64,000 bases of DNA, taken from Octopus vulgaris. Its lineage: Eukaryota. This document shows, in pieces, positions 1-12,457 of this stretch. The notes under the pieces are model-generated. The model did not search any database. It worked only from the letters and a program-made list of their open reading frames with translations, and was not told the origin of the DNA. Position numbers and translations under genes: made by a program. Numbering within the stretch: position 1 is the first letter of the stretch; every line of letters begins with the position of its first letter. Location: positions 9,920,001 through 9,984,000 of the forward strand of contig OX597835.1 of the NCBI GenBank assembly GCA_951406725.2, written 5' to 3'.

Positions 1-584
1 TATAATGCTGGTGATAGTAATGGTGTCATGCGAATAATTAAAAATTTATCTAATCGCATTAGTACTGATAGCGTTAACAGCTTCGCCATTGTGGCAGACG
101 GATGAAGCCTCATATAAAAAATACACCACGGTTAAAAGAAAATATCCAAATTGATCATTTCTCTTCTCCTTCGTAACATTGGTATATTTATATACATGTG
201 TGCGTGTGTGTATGTATATCGTACAGACATGAAAGTAATATTTCGAACGCAGTATAGTCATGAAACCAGCAGAAAGAATGGGTATTTTACCCTTGTATGA
301 CGGGGGAAAAAAAGAAGCAGTGGACTCTACAAAGCACCTCCCATTTGCCGGTTGATTATATATTTGGAGTTTTGCATTGGATTTCCGAGGGCATTTTGAA
401 TTCCTGACTGCAATGGATCGTCAGTGGAACACATTATTACATTCTGTTAAAGAGATCTAGTATTTGCTAATATCTAATGGAATATGAGATCTCTCTAACA
501 GAAGGCAATATAGCAGTCCCTTGATGATCCATACCGTTTAGTCATCCAAATGCATATATACACGCACACACACATATACATATA

Positions 585-999
585 TACTCTTTTACTCTTT
601 TACATGTTTCAGTCATTTGACTGAGGCCATGCTGGAGCACCGCCTTTAGTCGAGCAAATCGACCCCGAGACTTATTCTTTGTAAGCCCAGTACTTATTCT
701 ATCGGTCTCTTTTGCCGAACCGCTAAGTGACGGGGACGTAAACACACCAGCATCGGTTTTCAAGCAATGCTAGGGGTACAAACACAGACACACAAACACA
801 TACACATACATACATATATATATATATACATACATATATACGACAGGCTTCTTTCAGTTTCTGTCTACCAAATCCACTCACAAGGCTTTGGTCGGCCCGG
901 GGCTATAGCAGAAGACACTTGCCCAAGATGTCACGCAGTGGGACTGAAGCCGGAACCATGTGGTTGGTTAGCAAGCTACTTACCATACAGCCACTCCTG
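585..999 (-). mobile_element. tRNA-derived SINE, family B
   Basis: Minus strand has a tRNA-like head (GGAGTGGCTGTATGGTAAG...GGTTCCGG), a TTGGGCAAGTG CORE-like segment, an internal CA/TA tract and an (AAGAGTA)n tail; near-identical copies occur elsewhere in the window. Confidence 0.9.
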
Positions 1000-1000
1000 T

Positions 1001-1052
<52 letters not shown>

Positions 1053-1055
<3 letters not shown>

Positions 1056-1245
1056 GGTCCCGGGTTGATTCGGGGTTAACCACAGTAAATAAGGTACTCA
1101 ATACATAGCAGAGTAAAATTAATTTATTATATAGAATGAGTTTATAGGACTAGAACTGTTTCATTCAAGAGAAATCATCAGGAAGCTTCCTGATGATTTC
1201 TCTTGAATGAAACAGTTCTAGTCCTGTAGAAGCTCCTTCTATATA

Positions 1246-1250
<5 letters not shown>
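1053..1250. mobile_element. Penelope-like pLTR-derived element in (TA)n with inverted duplication
   Basis: Flanked by (TA)n on both sides; perfect 80-bp palindrome 1146-1225; hammerhead core on both strands. Confidence 0.65.
1184..1234 (+). ncRNA. Type I hammerhead ribozyme motif
   Basis: agcttc-CTGATGA-tttc tctt gaat-GAAA-cag ttctagtc ctg-TA-gaagct: stem I 6 bp, short stem II with a U-U first pair, stem III ACAG/CTGT, GUA cleavage triplet. Confidence 0.75.
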
Positions 1251-1282
<32 letters not shown>

Positions 1283-1866
1283 CATATGTGTATATGTTGT
1301 GTCTTCGTAGAGTCATTATGCCAATAATTGCACAACATGCAGAGGTTCGATTCCACGACTTTATTGACTAACAATAAAGAAGGTTAAGAAGTTGTAAAAG
1401 AAGTGGAATTGAACCTGTGCGTGTGTTATAATTGGCCTAAAGGCTATCCACAACATAATATGTATCAACACACGTCAAGAATCTTGGAAAACTAAAATCC
1501 AAAAATGAAATATTACTATGTGTATATACATACATATACAAATATATATATATATAAGAAATTGAATTAAAGCTGCAACATACACTCACACATAGACATA
1601 CATACATACATACACACAGTCCTCCATACACACACGTTCAATCACTATTAGTAGACCACATGCACAGAGGTACGCTCTCATACCCCTTATCTCACATCTG
1701 TCTATGAACAGAAATAAAGAGATTTTCAAATAAATCTTAATTTATCTGATAAATCAGAAGCAAAAATATATAAGCAAGATTTCTCTATAATAAACAATTT
1801 TACAATCTGTATACGTCTGACGGACGTATATACGTCGCTAAAACTGTGTGCATGTGTGTGTGTGTT

Positions 1867-1899
<33 letters not shown>

Positions 1900-2213
1900 T
1901 TGGGTGTGTGCGCGGGCGTGTATTTGTATATGTGTAAATATATATGTATATATATATATTTACTTATATATATATATATATATGTATATCAACAATCAAG
2001 GAACGGCCATAATAGGCCATTCACCCACTAGAAATAACAGCCAAAGCTTCAACCGCAAATAAAAATTAATTCCGTAAACCAGGAGAAAATTTAAAAAACA
2101 TTTACCCTGTAATTTCTTATACGATGCACCGTTTCATCTGCTGATTAATGGTAAACTAGGCCGCTGGTGGCAAAAAAATTCTACAAAATTTTTTTTTTGC
2201 CACCGTATATTGA

Positions 2214-2270
<57 letters not shown>

Positions 2271-2318
2271 TATTTACATCCATACAAAGACACACGCCCG
2301 CGCACACTCATATATATG

Positions 2319-2351
<33 letters not shown>

Positions 2352-2366
2352 ATATGTATATGTATA

Positions 2367-2448
<82 letters not shown>

Positions 2449-2453
2449 TATAC

Positions 2454-2503
<50 letters not shown>

Positions 2504-2542
2504 TGATATAGCGAGATATATACATACATACATACATACATA

Positions 2543-2932
2543 CAGGAACAGGCTTGGCTGCGTGGTAAGAAGCTAGCTTCTCAATCACATGGTGCCAGGT
2601 TCAGTCTCATTCCGTGGCACATTAGGTAAGTGTTTTCTACTTTAGCCACGGTCTGACCAAAGCCTTGTGAGTTGATTTGGTAAACGGAAACTGAAAGAAA
2701 CCCCGTAGTATATATTTCTGTGTGTGAGTGTGTGCACGCGCATATTTTCGCCGCCACCACCACCACCGCCACCATCACCGCTTGACACCTGGTGTTGGTA
2801 TGTTTATGCCACCATAACTTAGCGGTTCGGCAAAAGCGAGGGATAGAATAAGTACTAGGCTTTAAAAAATCCTGAGGGTCGATTTGTTTAGTTAAAACCC
2901 TTCAAGGCGGTGCTCAAGCAAAGCCGCAGTCA
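2543..2932 (+). mobile_element. SINE family B, diverged copy
   Basis: Homologous to 585-999 in the opposite orientation. Confidence 0.85.
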
Positions 2933-3120
2933 ACGTATATCTCTCACAAAAGCTATATACACATTCACAGTTTTAAAGCATTGAAGAATTGTTTTGTACA
3001 GGATCTGAACGATTGTTAGACAATTTATGAGTCTTTCTTCAAGTAAAACCTATTTCAACTCTTTGGGCGACAATGCAGAAGGAAAGTAGCTCATCACATG
3101 ATGCCCTGAAATAAACTTTA

Positions 3121-3159
<39 letters not shown>

Positions 3160-3162
<3 letters not shown>

Positions 3163-3498
3163 ATAATATTAGGGAATAAATCCAAACTTACAGGGAAAAA
3201 TTAGATTTAGGATTAAATCCAATTTTATAGTATAAATATTATATTATATTATATAAAATTAGAGATAAAACCACTATTAGGCAAATCAAACAGTGAAAAA
3301 CATAAGCCAATGCATAAAATTAATTTTAAAATATAAAAGTTAAAAATTAAAAAATTATTTAAATAATTTAAACTTATAAATTTTAAATATATATATACAA
3401 ATATATATATATATGTATGTATATTTTTATATTTATATATTATTTTGTTTATTAATTATTGATTTGCCTAATACTGGTTTTATCTCTAATTTAATATA

Positions 3499-3500
<2 letters not shown>
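3160..3500. mobile_element. (TA)n-embedded pLTR-like element with internal inverted repeat
   Basis: Homologous to 53400-53745; inverted repeat 3256-3289/3459-3492 with one mismatch. Confidence 0.6.
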
Positions 3501-3548
<48 letters not shown>

Positions 3549-3626
3549 ATGTATGTATACACACCCATATACACGGATACATACACACACACACACTTGA
3601 GAATACTCTGTGAATATGCAAAATAT

Positions 3627-4018
3627 GGATGGATGGAAGCACTCCGTCGGTTACGACGATGAGGGTTCCGGTTGATCCGAATCAACGGAACAGCCTGCTC
3701 GTGAAATTAACGTGTAAGTGGCTGAGCACTCCACAGACACGTGTACCCTTAACGTAGTTCTCGGGGATATTCAGCGTGACACAGAGAGTGACAAGGCCGG
3801 CCCTTTTGAAATACAGGTACAACAGAAACAGGAAGTAAGAGTGAGAGAAAGTTGTGGTGAAAGAGTACAGCAGGGATCACCACCATCCCCTGCCGGAGCC
3901 TCGTGGAGCTTTTAGGTGTTTTCGCTCAATAAACACTCACAACGCCCGGTCTGGGAATCGAAACCGCGATCCTATGACCGCGAGTCCGCTGCCCTAACCA
4001 CTGGGCCATTGCGCCTCC
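3627..4018 (-). mobile_element. tRNA-derived SINE, family A (head1 + tailA), full length
   Basis: Box A TGGCCCAGTGG, box B-like GGTTTCGATTCC, (TCCA)n tail, TSD ATGCAAAATAT at 3616-3626/4019-4029. Confidence 0.92.
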
Positions 4019-4289
4019 ATGCAAAATATATCAAGCAAATAAATAAGGCGATAGAGATATAGAACAATTAGAGATATTAATGAAAGGGGAAAGGAAAAGA
4101 CTTCTGAAGAGGAGTGTATATAGAGACACAGCGAGGAGGAGGTTGAAAACAATAGAGTGTGAGAAAGGAGAGGCAATAGAAAAAAGTTTAATAGCTTTGC
4201 ACTTATATACAATTGTATTCAAATCTACATTGCAACATTTTCATACATATGCATATATATGTATGTATATGTACATATGTATTTATGTA

Positions 4290-5375
4290 TGTTTTCTATG
4301 TATGTGTATGTAAATATATGAGTATGCATTTATGTTTGTGTGTGTGTAAGTATGTATATATGTGTGTGTATATGTGTGTATATATGTGTGTATATATGTG
4401 TGTATATATGTGTGTATATATGTGTGTATATATGTGTGTAAATATATGAGTATGCATTTATTTTTGTGTGTGTGTAAGTATGTATATATGTGTGTGTATA
4501 TGTGTGTATATATGTGTGTATATATGTGTGTATATATGTGTGTATATATGTGTGTATATATGTGTGTAAATATATGAGTATGCATTTATTTTTGTGTGTG
4601 TGTAAGTATGTATATATGTGTGTATATATGTGTGTATATATGTGTGTATATATGTGTGTAAATATATGAGTATGCATTTATTTTTGTGTGTGTGTAAGTA
4701 TGTATATATGTGTGTGTATATGTGCGTATTTATGTATGTAAATATATGAGTATGCATTTATGTTTGTGTGTGTGTAAGTATGTATATATGTGTGTGTATA
4801 TGTGCGTATTTATGTATGTAAATATATGAGTATGCATTTATTTTTGTGTGTGTGTAAGTATGTATATATATGTGTGTGTATATGTGCGTATTTATGTATG
4901 TAAATAAATGAGTATGCATTTATGTTTGTGTGTGTGTAAGTATGTATATATGTGTGTGTATATGTGCGTATTTATGTATGTAAATATATGAGTATACATT
5001 TATTTTTGTGTGTGTGTAAGTATGTATATATGTGTGTGTATATGTGCGTATTTATGTATGTAAATATATGAGTATGCATTTATGTTTGTGTGTGTGTAAG
5101 TATGTATATATGTGTGTGTATATGTGCGTATTTATGTATGTAAATATATGAGTATGCATTTATTTTTGTGTGTGTGTAAGTATGTATATATATGTGTGTG
5201 TATATGTGCGTATTTATGTATGTAAATAAATGAGTATGCATTTATGTTTGTGTGTGTGTAAGTATGTATATATGTGTGTGTATATGTGCGTATTTATGTA
5301 TGTAAATATATGAGTATGCATTTATTTTTGTGTGTGTGTAAGTATGTATATATGTGTGTGTATATGTGCGTATTT
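4290..5375. repeat. ~80-bp minisatellite built from TA/TG microsatellites, with higher-order structure
   Basis: Recurrent GTAAATATATGAGTATGCATTTAT...GTAAGTATG units at about 80-bp spacing. Confidence 0.9.
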
Positions 5376-5731
5376 ATTTTTTGCCAGAATCTGATATGTT
5401 TGTATTTATGAATAAACATATTTACGTGCGGAGGGAGACATACGCCTGTGTGATTAGCAACGTCGTTAGCGACAGAAAAAAAGAACAGGGAGAGAAAAGG
5501 GAGAATGTAAAGTTATGTAAAGGTGTGTATAAATGTTGGGGAAATGTGTTAAAAGAAATATCGAATGAGAAAAAATTGATAAATAACCTGGGAATAGAAT
5601 TAGGTTAAGAGAAAGAAAGACTATTTAAGAGGGAATCATAGAATGGTAGATGGTGCATACGATACAATGAAATACGGTAAGAATGAAAGATATACATATA
5701 AATAAAATTATATATGTATATATATATACAC

Positions 5732-5812
<81 letters not shown>

Positions 5813-5813
5813 C

Positions 5814-5846
<33 letters not shown>

Positions 5847-5883
5847 CATATATAGATACATATATATATATATATACATACAT

Positions 5884-5937
<54 letters not shown>

Positions 5938-5974
5938 TATATACATATATATATACATATATATATACAAATAG

Positions 5975-6005
<31 letters not shown>

Positions 6006-6012
6006 CATTCAT

Positions 6013-6043
<31 letters not shown>

Positions 6044-6335
6044 CATATATACATACAGACATACATACATACCGCTTGTAAACCTATCTTAGTACAATTA
6101 TCTATCTATAAATCATATCGAATTATAGAAAAGGCAACAGAGAACAGAAAAGAAAACAATACGGAAAAAAAATGAGAAATGGAATGTTTTTTAGTTGTTT
6201 TTTTTTTTTTGTTAATTTAAATAGCTTTCATTTTCCAATTCATACAATTGTTTTTTTCCTTTGTCGTGTTGGCACCGCAATTGTTCTTGTATGAATAACT
6301 CTCTTATAATTGCAATCTATCAACACGATTTTATA

Positions 6336-7215
6336 GTGAAGGCACGCTGCTTAGTATTTAGGGTTACCTGGCTCGCGATCGTAAGGCCGAGAGTTCGATT
6401 CCCAGTGTCGCGACACTTTATTTCCCCGTTGTCCCAGTCCAGTCAGCTGGAGAACAATGAGAAGTATCTTTTTTTTTTTTTACTACCCACAAGGGGCTAA
6501 ACACAGAGGGGAACAAACAAGGACAGACAAACGGATTAAGTCGATTATATCGACCCCAGTGCGTAACTGGTTCTTATTTAATCGACCCCGAAAGGATGAA
6601 AGGCAAAGTCGACCTCGGCGGAATTTGAACTCAGAACGTACCGGCAGACGAAATACCTATTTCTTTACTACCCACAAGGGGCTAAACACAGAGGGGAACA
6701 AATAAGGACAGACAAACGGATTAAGTCGATTATATCGACCCCAGTGCGTAACTGGTACTTATTTAATCGACCCCGAAAGAATGAAAGGCAAAGTCGACCT
6801 TGGTGGAATTTGAACTCAGAACGTAGCGGCAGACGAAATACCTATTTCTTTACTACCCACAAGGGGCTAAACACAGAGGGGAACAAACAAAGACAGACAA
6901 ACGGATTAAGTCGATTACATCGACCCCAGTGCGTAACTGGTACTTATTTAATCGACCCCGAAAGGATGAAAGGCAAAGTCGACCTCGGCGGAATTTGAAC
7001 TCACAACGTAGCGGCAGACGAAATACGGCTACGCATTTCACCCGGCATGCCAACGATTCTGCCAGCTTGCAATGAGAAGTATCTGTATTACAAACAACCG
7101 GGCTTGTCACATTTTGTGTCACGCTGAATCCCCCTGGGAACTACGTTAAGGATGCGCATGTCTGTGGAGTGGTCAGCCATTTGTAAGTGAATTTCATGAG
7201 CAGGTTGTTCTGCTC
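6336..7215 (+). mobile_element. Old SINE (head2 + tailA) split by a family C insertion
   Basis: tRNA-like head 6336-6469; tailA sequence resumes at 7085-7215. Confidence 0.75.
6470..7069 (-). mobile_element. SINE family C, tandem trimer of ~185-bp units
   Basis: TACTACCCACAAGGGG recurs at 6481, 6666 and 6851; minus-strand poly-A end; single 15-bp TSD CAATGAGAAGTATCT at 6455-6469/7070-7084. Confidence 0.9.
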
Positions 7216-7240
7216 AACGGCTCCATTCCCCAGAAAATGA

Positions 7241-7358
7241 AAGATTTGGCTGCCATTTCTTGCACACCCTGCTACCACGTAACAGCTATTTCGGGTCCTC
7301 TATCGCAAATAGTTGTTACATGGTAGCAGGGAGTGCTAGAAATAGCAGCCAAATCTTT
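7241..7358. repeat. ~118-bp hairpin / MITE-like inverted repeat
   Basis: About 51-bp arms with five mismatches and a short loop. Confidence 0.8.
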
Positions 7359-7610
7359 GAAGTTGAAATATGCTAAATTCACGAACGGGTCTTTATGAAA
7401 TATCTACTGTATTTTTAAAGTCATTTTCACTTTAAAATATTTTTATGTATGCCAAAAAAATTTTTGTAATGGTATTCACTTGAAAATAATTTTTAAAAAC
7501 CGACGGAGTTCCTGTTACGCTAGTGCGCGCGTGTGTATGTGTATACTTGTTTTTATGTATATGGATAATGTATGCATATATACCGCCAACTTTTATACCG
7601 CCAACTTTTC

Positions 7611-8013
7611 CCAAACGACCTAAACATTAGCTTCAAGGTTCATCCAAGACTTGGACCACGGGCTATACGTCCCCTGCCCAATTCAAGATCACAACATACA
7701 TGTACACTGCAACATAATTTCTTTTCCTCAACAGGCCCTGTCCTATTTAACATTGTCCCAAGGGAGATCAAAGAGGAAAAGGATCCCATCAACTTTAAAC
7801 AGAGTCTGGATAGATTCCTTCAAAGAATACCAGATAAGCCACCCATAATTGGATACAACTCACCCAACAAGAACTCACTACTTGAACAAAACTTGACTTA
7901 AACAAAACTTGACTTAAACAGGATTCGAATAATCTTATCAGGTGGTGCTATTAAGTTAGACATGGCCTGGACCAATCTTTGGTCGAAACATATCTAAGTT
8001 TTTTATCTAAGTT
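7611..8013 (+). mobile_element. CR1-clade LINE 3' fragment
   Basis: ORF 7572-7901 NFFSSTGPVLFNIVPREIK...FKQSLDRFLQRIPDKP..GY...NSLL resembles the CR1 ORF2 C-terminus; short 3' UTR ending in repeated TATCTAAGTT. Confidence 0.8.
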
Positions 8014-8145
8014 TATATATTTTTATATTTGGTTATAACGATTTGTCTGGTGATAATAAGATATCACCAGGGTTGAAAGCTTTCTTCACTTGAACCGATC
8101 GCAGTAGATTCTAACCTTGACTTATTTGTGGACACCATGTTCATG

Positions 8146-9081
8146 TTGGCTCTTTCTTCAATCGTTGTGCTTCTTGCGCTACATTATCTAATGTGTCCTT
8201 CCTTTCTTAAAGACAATAAAGAGTAAGTTGAGGAAAAATTGCCTGCTTTTTCTAGCAGATTGTTTGAAGACCTCGTTGACCCATTGTTGATTTCCATTGT
8301 ATAATGTTTCCATTTCATGTTCTTGTAAATCTCCACCATGTTCAGTAATCAGGCTTGAGGTGAGATCTGTCAAAATACAGCAGATAATCATCCGACTATA
8401 TTTATAGACAGGGTCGATAGGTCAGCAGATGGCGCCCAACATTGTTTTAAAGAGATCCCACTTTATTGTGCGTTGGACGAGGTTAAGTGTGTCTATAAGA
8501 GCGTCAATGTTGTTTTATTAACAACTGCAAGTTATTAAATGTACGAGATATGAGATGTGCTCAAGTGCTTCAGGTTATTCATCATCTTCGATAAACATTA
8601 TCCACCTTTAATCTCTCCCAGTCTTTCTCTCATAATCAAGAAGCCTGTCATAACCGAGCAAACGTAATTGCTGGACTACTTCTTTAATCTATTCAACAAT
8701 ATTCTTCAAAAATTTATGTTCGATACTTGCCTCATTCAAATTTCAATTCTATTAAACTCAGCAGACGCCAATATTCCTGCTTAATTCCAGAGTATCTTTA
8801 ATCGCTTTCATTGAAGTCATTTTATAGAATTGATAATACTTTCCATACTTTAACGGAACGAACATGTTGATAATTTCCAGACAACATTTCAAAGTTATTA
8901 AACACGAATTGATGTAGAAAAGATCAAACCACAAAGGAAAACAAAGAAAGCGAATTTACGTAAAACCATATTTACAGGAAATAAGCAATTAACAAAACAT
9001 AATCACTTCTCTGAAATTTTTTCTAAGCTTGTTTTATCGATCGAGAATTGTCAAAAGACGATTAGACGAACAATAGATTTC
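8146..9081 (-). pseudogene. Decayed hAT-type transposase fragment; left arm of inverted duplication
   Basis: Frameshifted motifs in hAT order: LRLLGYD (cf. RGQGYDG), PEAL..LAVV (cf. HC..H.LNLAV), LKP..TWW (cf. TRW); near-identical reverse complement at 45091-46045. Confidence 0.5.
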
Positions 9082-9149
9082 TCGACCTAAAAGTACCCTG
9101 GGACCATTTCACTACATTTTCTAGGCAAAATATTTATTTGTAAGCTATG

Positions 9150-9780
9150 AGAATGTCACCTTGACAGACCGGGTCCTTGCTATGGGGGTTAATTAGCAAA
9201 TCAATCGAGCAGATGGAGCTCATTAGCCTGGCAGGGACAGCCTGTCTAGAGGAAGAGAAACCTTAATGCGAAACCTACGCTTCCTTGTGACTATATCTAG
9301 TCATGGAAATATTTCGAGATTTTCCCACAGATCCTGTGGTTTATGCTTTCTTTCGATAGCGTAATGTCGTGGGTTGGAATCCCTGAAGAAATTTAACGTT
9401 GGCTACACTTTTGTTCTGGCAAATCCTGCGACTCCAAAGATGCCATCTTGTGACGGCCGTGCTCTTTCTTTGAATCCATCAGCAACATTGAGCAAGGGAC
9501 ACGTTGCATGAGAAACAATCTCTCCTCCTTCCCGTACTGCTCGGTTTTGGACCCTGTTGTACACTGAAGAGATAGACAACAAAAACCGCACCGCGATGGC
9601 CTACACGTGAGATTGATGTGACGGAGGTTGCCGTTTGCGCACCGGAGTACTCAGCCATAGATAACGCTGTTCCAGTAGGGTGGACAACGAGGGCGTCGTT
9701 CATGGTCATTTAATGACGAAAGCTGCAAATGAATTGAGAAGACTATTTGGCAAGGAAGTGAATAACTATCACAAGGTTGT
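9150..9780 (+). mobile_element. Degenerate RTE-like LINE 5' region
   Basis: GGGACAGCCTGTCTAGAGGAAGAGAAACC...AAACCTACGCTTCCTTG and GTTCTGGCAAATCCTGCGAC...TGCCA...CATCAG...TGCATG resemble RTE-type 5' regions as I recall them; not database-verified. Confidence 0.45.
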
Positions 9781-9988
9781 GTCACTTATCCCAGTACATT
9801 ACCTTTCATATCTGTACAAAATCATTTTCTTCTATTTCTATTCTGATTTAGTTGTTATAATAAAACTTAGATCAACCCTTTCAGCCACATCAATATGCAT
9901 TCAAACGGTAAGGAATCCCTCCAGGGATCGTTAAAAATATTTTAGTTTAAATTTTTGCGCCTACCTTAAATAAATAAGATCTGTGTTG

Positions 9989-10535
9989 AGATTTTCTGCT
10001 ATTTCTAGCAAGTCAAGCAGCGATATTAAAATTTCCCTTGTGTCTTGACATGTTAATGTTATTCTGGTAAGAGCCAAAATACTATATTTCTTGTTAAGTA
10101 CTACATTTAGTCTATGTTAAGAATCAGATTTCCAGGTGGTTGATGTCGGTTTAGATTAACTGAAAAGTCTGCGGGAATGGTGGAAGGCGATGACTTTGAT
10201 CTTAACAACATGGTCTCTATGTAATTGCATGATCTATCATATATATATCGGTCAAATCTGAAGTAAACTCGCCTCTAACGTTTGAAAGGAAACACGCGTT
10301 GGTGTGTTAATGATTAAGACTTTTGGAGTGAGAGATATGTTAAAGCGCCGAACTAAATGCCTTAAGTTATTCATTTTCATTCTTCTCTATTATGACATCA
10401 GTAATCCCTGCTGTTGTGTAGGGATTTTATTCTTCCGAGATCAAACATATTTACCAATCCCTACCGAAGATGATTTAATCTTTTTCTGTCGGTCTAAAAT
10501 TTGTTATTTAGTCATACGCAAATTTTGCTTTTGAT
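9989..10535. repeat. Older inverted duplicate of 42288-42821
   Basis: Colinear reverse-complement similarity, also visible as similar translations of ORFs 10304-10534(+) and 42281-42598(-). Confidence 0.85.
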
Positions 10536-12068
10536 ACGTTTTTAACGGGAGAAAATCGGTATTTGCACAACGCAAATAATTGTTAGCATGTCTGTCTTTG
10601 AATCTGCCAGAACGCATTAAGAATAATTATGCAAATCCTCGTTTCTGATCTGGCTGTGAACAGAGCAAATAACTATTTTTATCGGTTGGCGGTTATAAGG
10701 ACTGATCCGAGAAAATGTATGTTCGCTGAAATTATAAGCAAAGCAAGTGCCGGACTAAACACTTTCAAAGGCACAAGTAAACGGGTTCTTCTGGCTAACG
10801 AGACACATGTCGAGGCACGAGTGTCCAAGAATCCCTTGCACGAACAAACCGAGTGTGTTATGAACACACTTGCGTCATAAAAGGAGAAGTTGTTTTTCCT
10901 GTGACGTATACAACGATGACTAGTATATTTGCGATTGAATTTACCCCAACACATCAAAAATAAGTAAGCAAAGCTTCGTTTTAGAGGGAAGTCGTACAAA
11001 AATATTTCGTTTTATCTTTAGAAACATAAAATATTTATGTCTTGGATGTTTTCGAATACAAACGAAATGATGACATTACCAAGTAGAGCAGAAGACATTT
11101 AACGCCTTGATTTGACATCTATCGTCTATCTTCTTACGACACCAACGATACTAATGTATTTTAAACACATTTCTAGAAGCGATTGCTATAAAAACGAAGT
11201 AATTACAGCTAAATGTTATTATCCTCGCTGTAATATTCTAACTCCTGGCCTCCGTATTAATTGCTTTTAGCCATAAAGTTTTGAAGAAAAGTTTTAGTTG
11301 ACCCCAATGTTTCATTGATATTTAATTCCTTAACCATGGGAAGAGGAAAGATAAGACTAACCTCCACGAGATTTGAACCCAGGGTGTAAGAAAACGTAGC
11401 TTGACACTCGAAAACATTTATACCTGTTATTTCATTTCGTTTTAATTTCTTAATATTGATTTCTTTTAATCAGAGATACAAGGCCAATATTTGCTGCCAA
11501 GATTTTCATATCGACTGAATATTAATGGATGTATTTTATAAATAGGGATTCCAAATGATTAATAACGTTTGTAATCAGAGAAAGATAGGAAACTAATTAA
11601 TGTAAATTATTGAATCAGATGCATTACCTGGCAACCTCCTACGAGCGTCTATGATATCGTTGTTTTCACACCTGGGTAGAAAATCAAAGAAGCAAATATA
11701 ATTCTGTGATATTTGCGCAGCTCTCAAGGTTATCAGCATCTTAAGGTAACTGAATTATCTAAAGAGGAAAAATCATGAGAAGGTGACTCTCCGAAGCTCT
11801 TTCAATTCAATTACGCTCGTTTAATCGCTAAAGCCTAAGACACGACAGTTAAACATATCTCATTCCTCTTTAAATCTAAGATCTTGTGATTCATCAAAAG
11901 AAATAAACACTTATCAATCAGTCAATTGATTAGTTAAAGAAGAACATTACAAGATTTCGAGGGTCAACGGAAGTGTTAATTTACTCGTCTGCGACAGGTT
12001 TTGTGATATTCGTTAGTGTACAGGCTAACACACAAAGTTAGGAAAACGTTTTCCTATAAATATTTTAT

Positions 12069-12457
12069 GTGGTGAAAGCACTCTGTCGGTTACGACGATG
12101 AGGGTTCCTGTGGATCCGAATCAACGGAACAGCTTGCTCGTGAAATTAACGTGTAAGTGGCTGAGCACTCCACAGACACGTGTACCCTTAACGTAGTTCT
12201 CGGGGATATTCAGCGTGACAGAGAGAGTGACAAGGCTGGCCTTGAAATACAGGTACAACAGAAACAGGAAGTAAGAGTGAGATAAAGTTGTGGTGAAAGA
12301 GTACAGCAGGGATCACCACCATCCCCTGCCGGAGCCTCGTGGAGCTTTTTAGGTGTTTTCGCTCAATAAACACTCACAACGCCCGGTCTGGGAATCGAAA
12401 CCGCGATCCTATGACCGCGAGTCCGCTGCCCTAACTACTGGGCCATTGCGCCTCCAC
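12069..12457 (-). mobile_element. SINE family A, full length
   Basis: 13-bp TSD ATAAATATTTTAT at 12056-12068/12458-12470. Confidence 0.92.

Noticed and set aside
6470-7069. Regular repeats as a CRISPR array
   Set aside because: Whole 185-bp units repeat with no unique spacers, there are no cas genes, and the context is eukaryotic
7955-8000. Stem-loop followed by GAAA in the CR1 3' UTR as a hammerhead
   Set aside because: No CUGANGA core; more likely the LINE 3' recognition stem-loop
8188-8391. Duplicated small ORF MIICCILTD... (also 45800-46012) as a paralogous gene pair
   Set aside because: The identity reflects DNA duplication, and the region reads better as a decayed transposase
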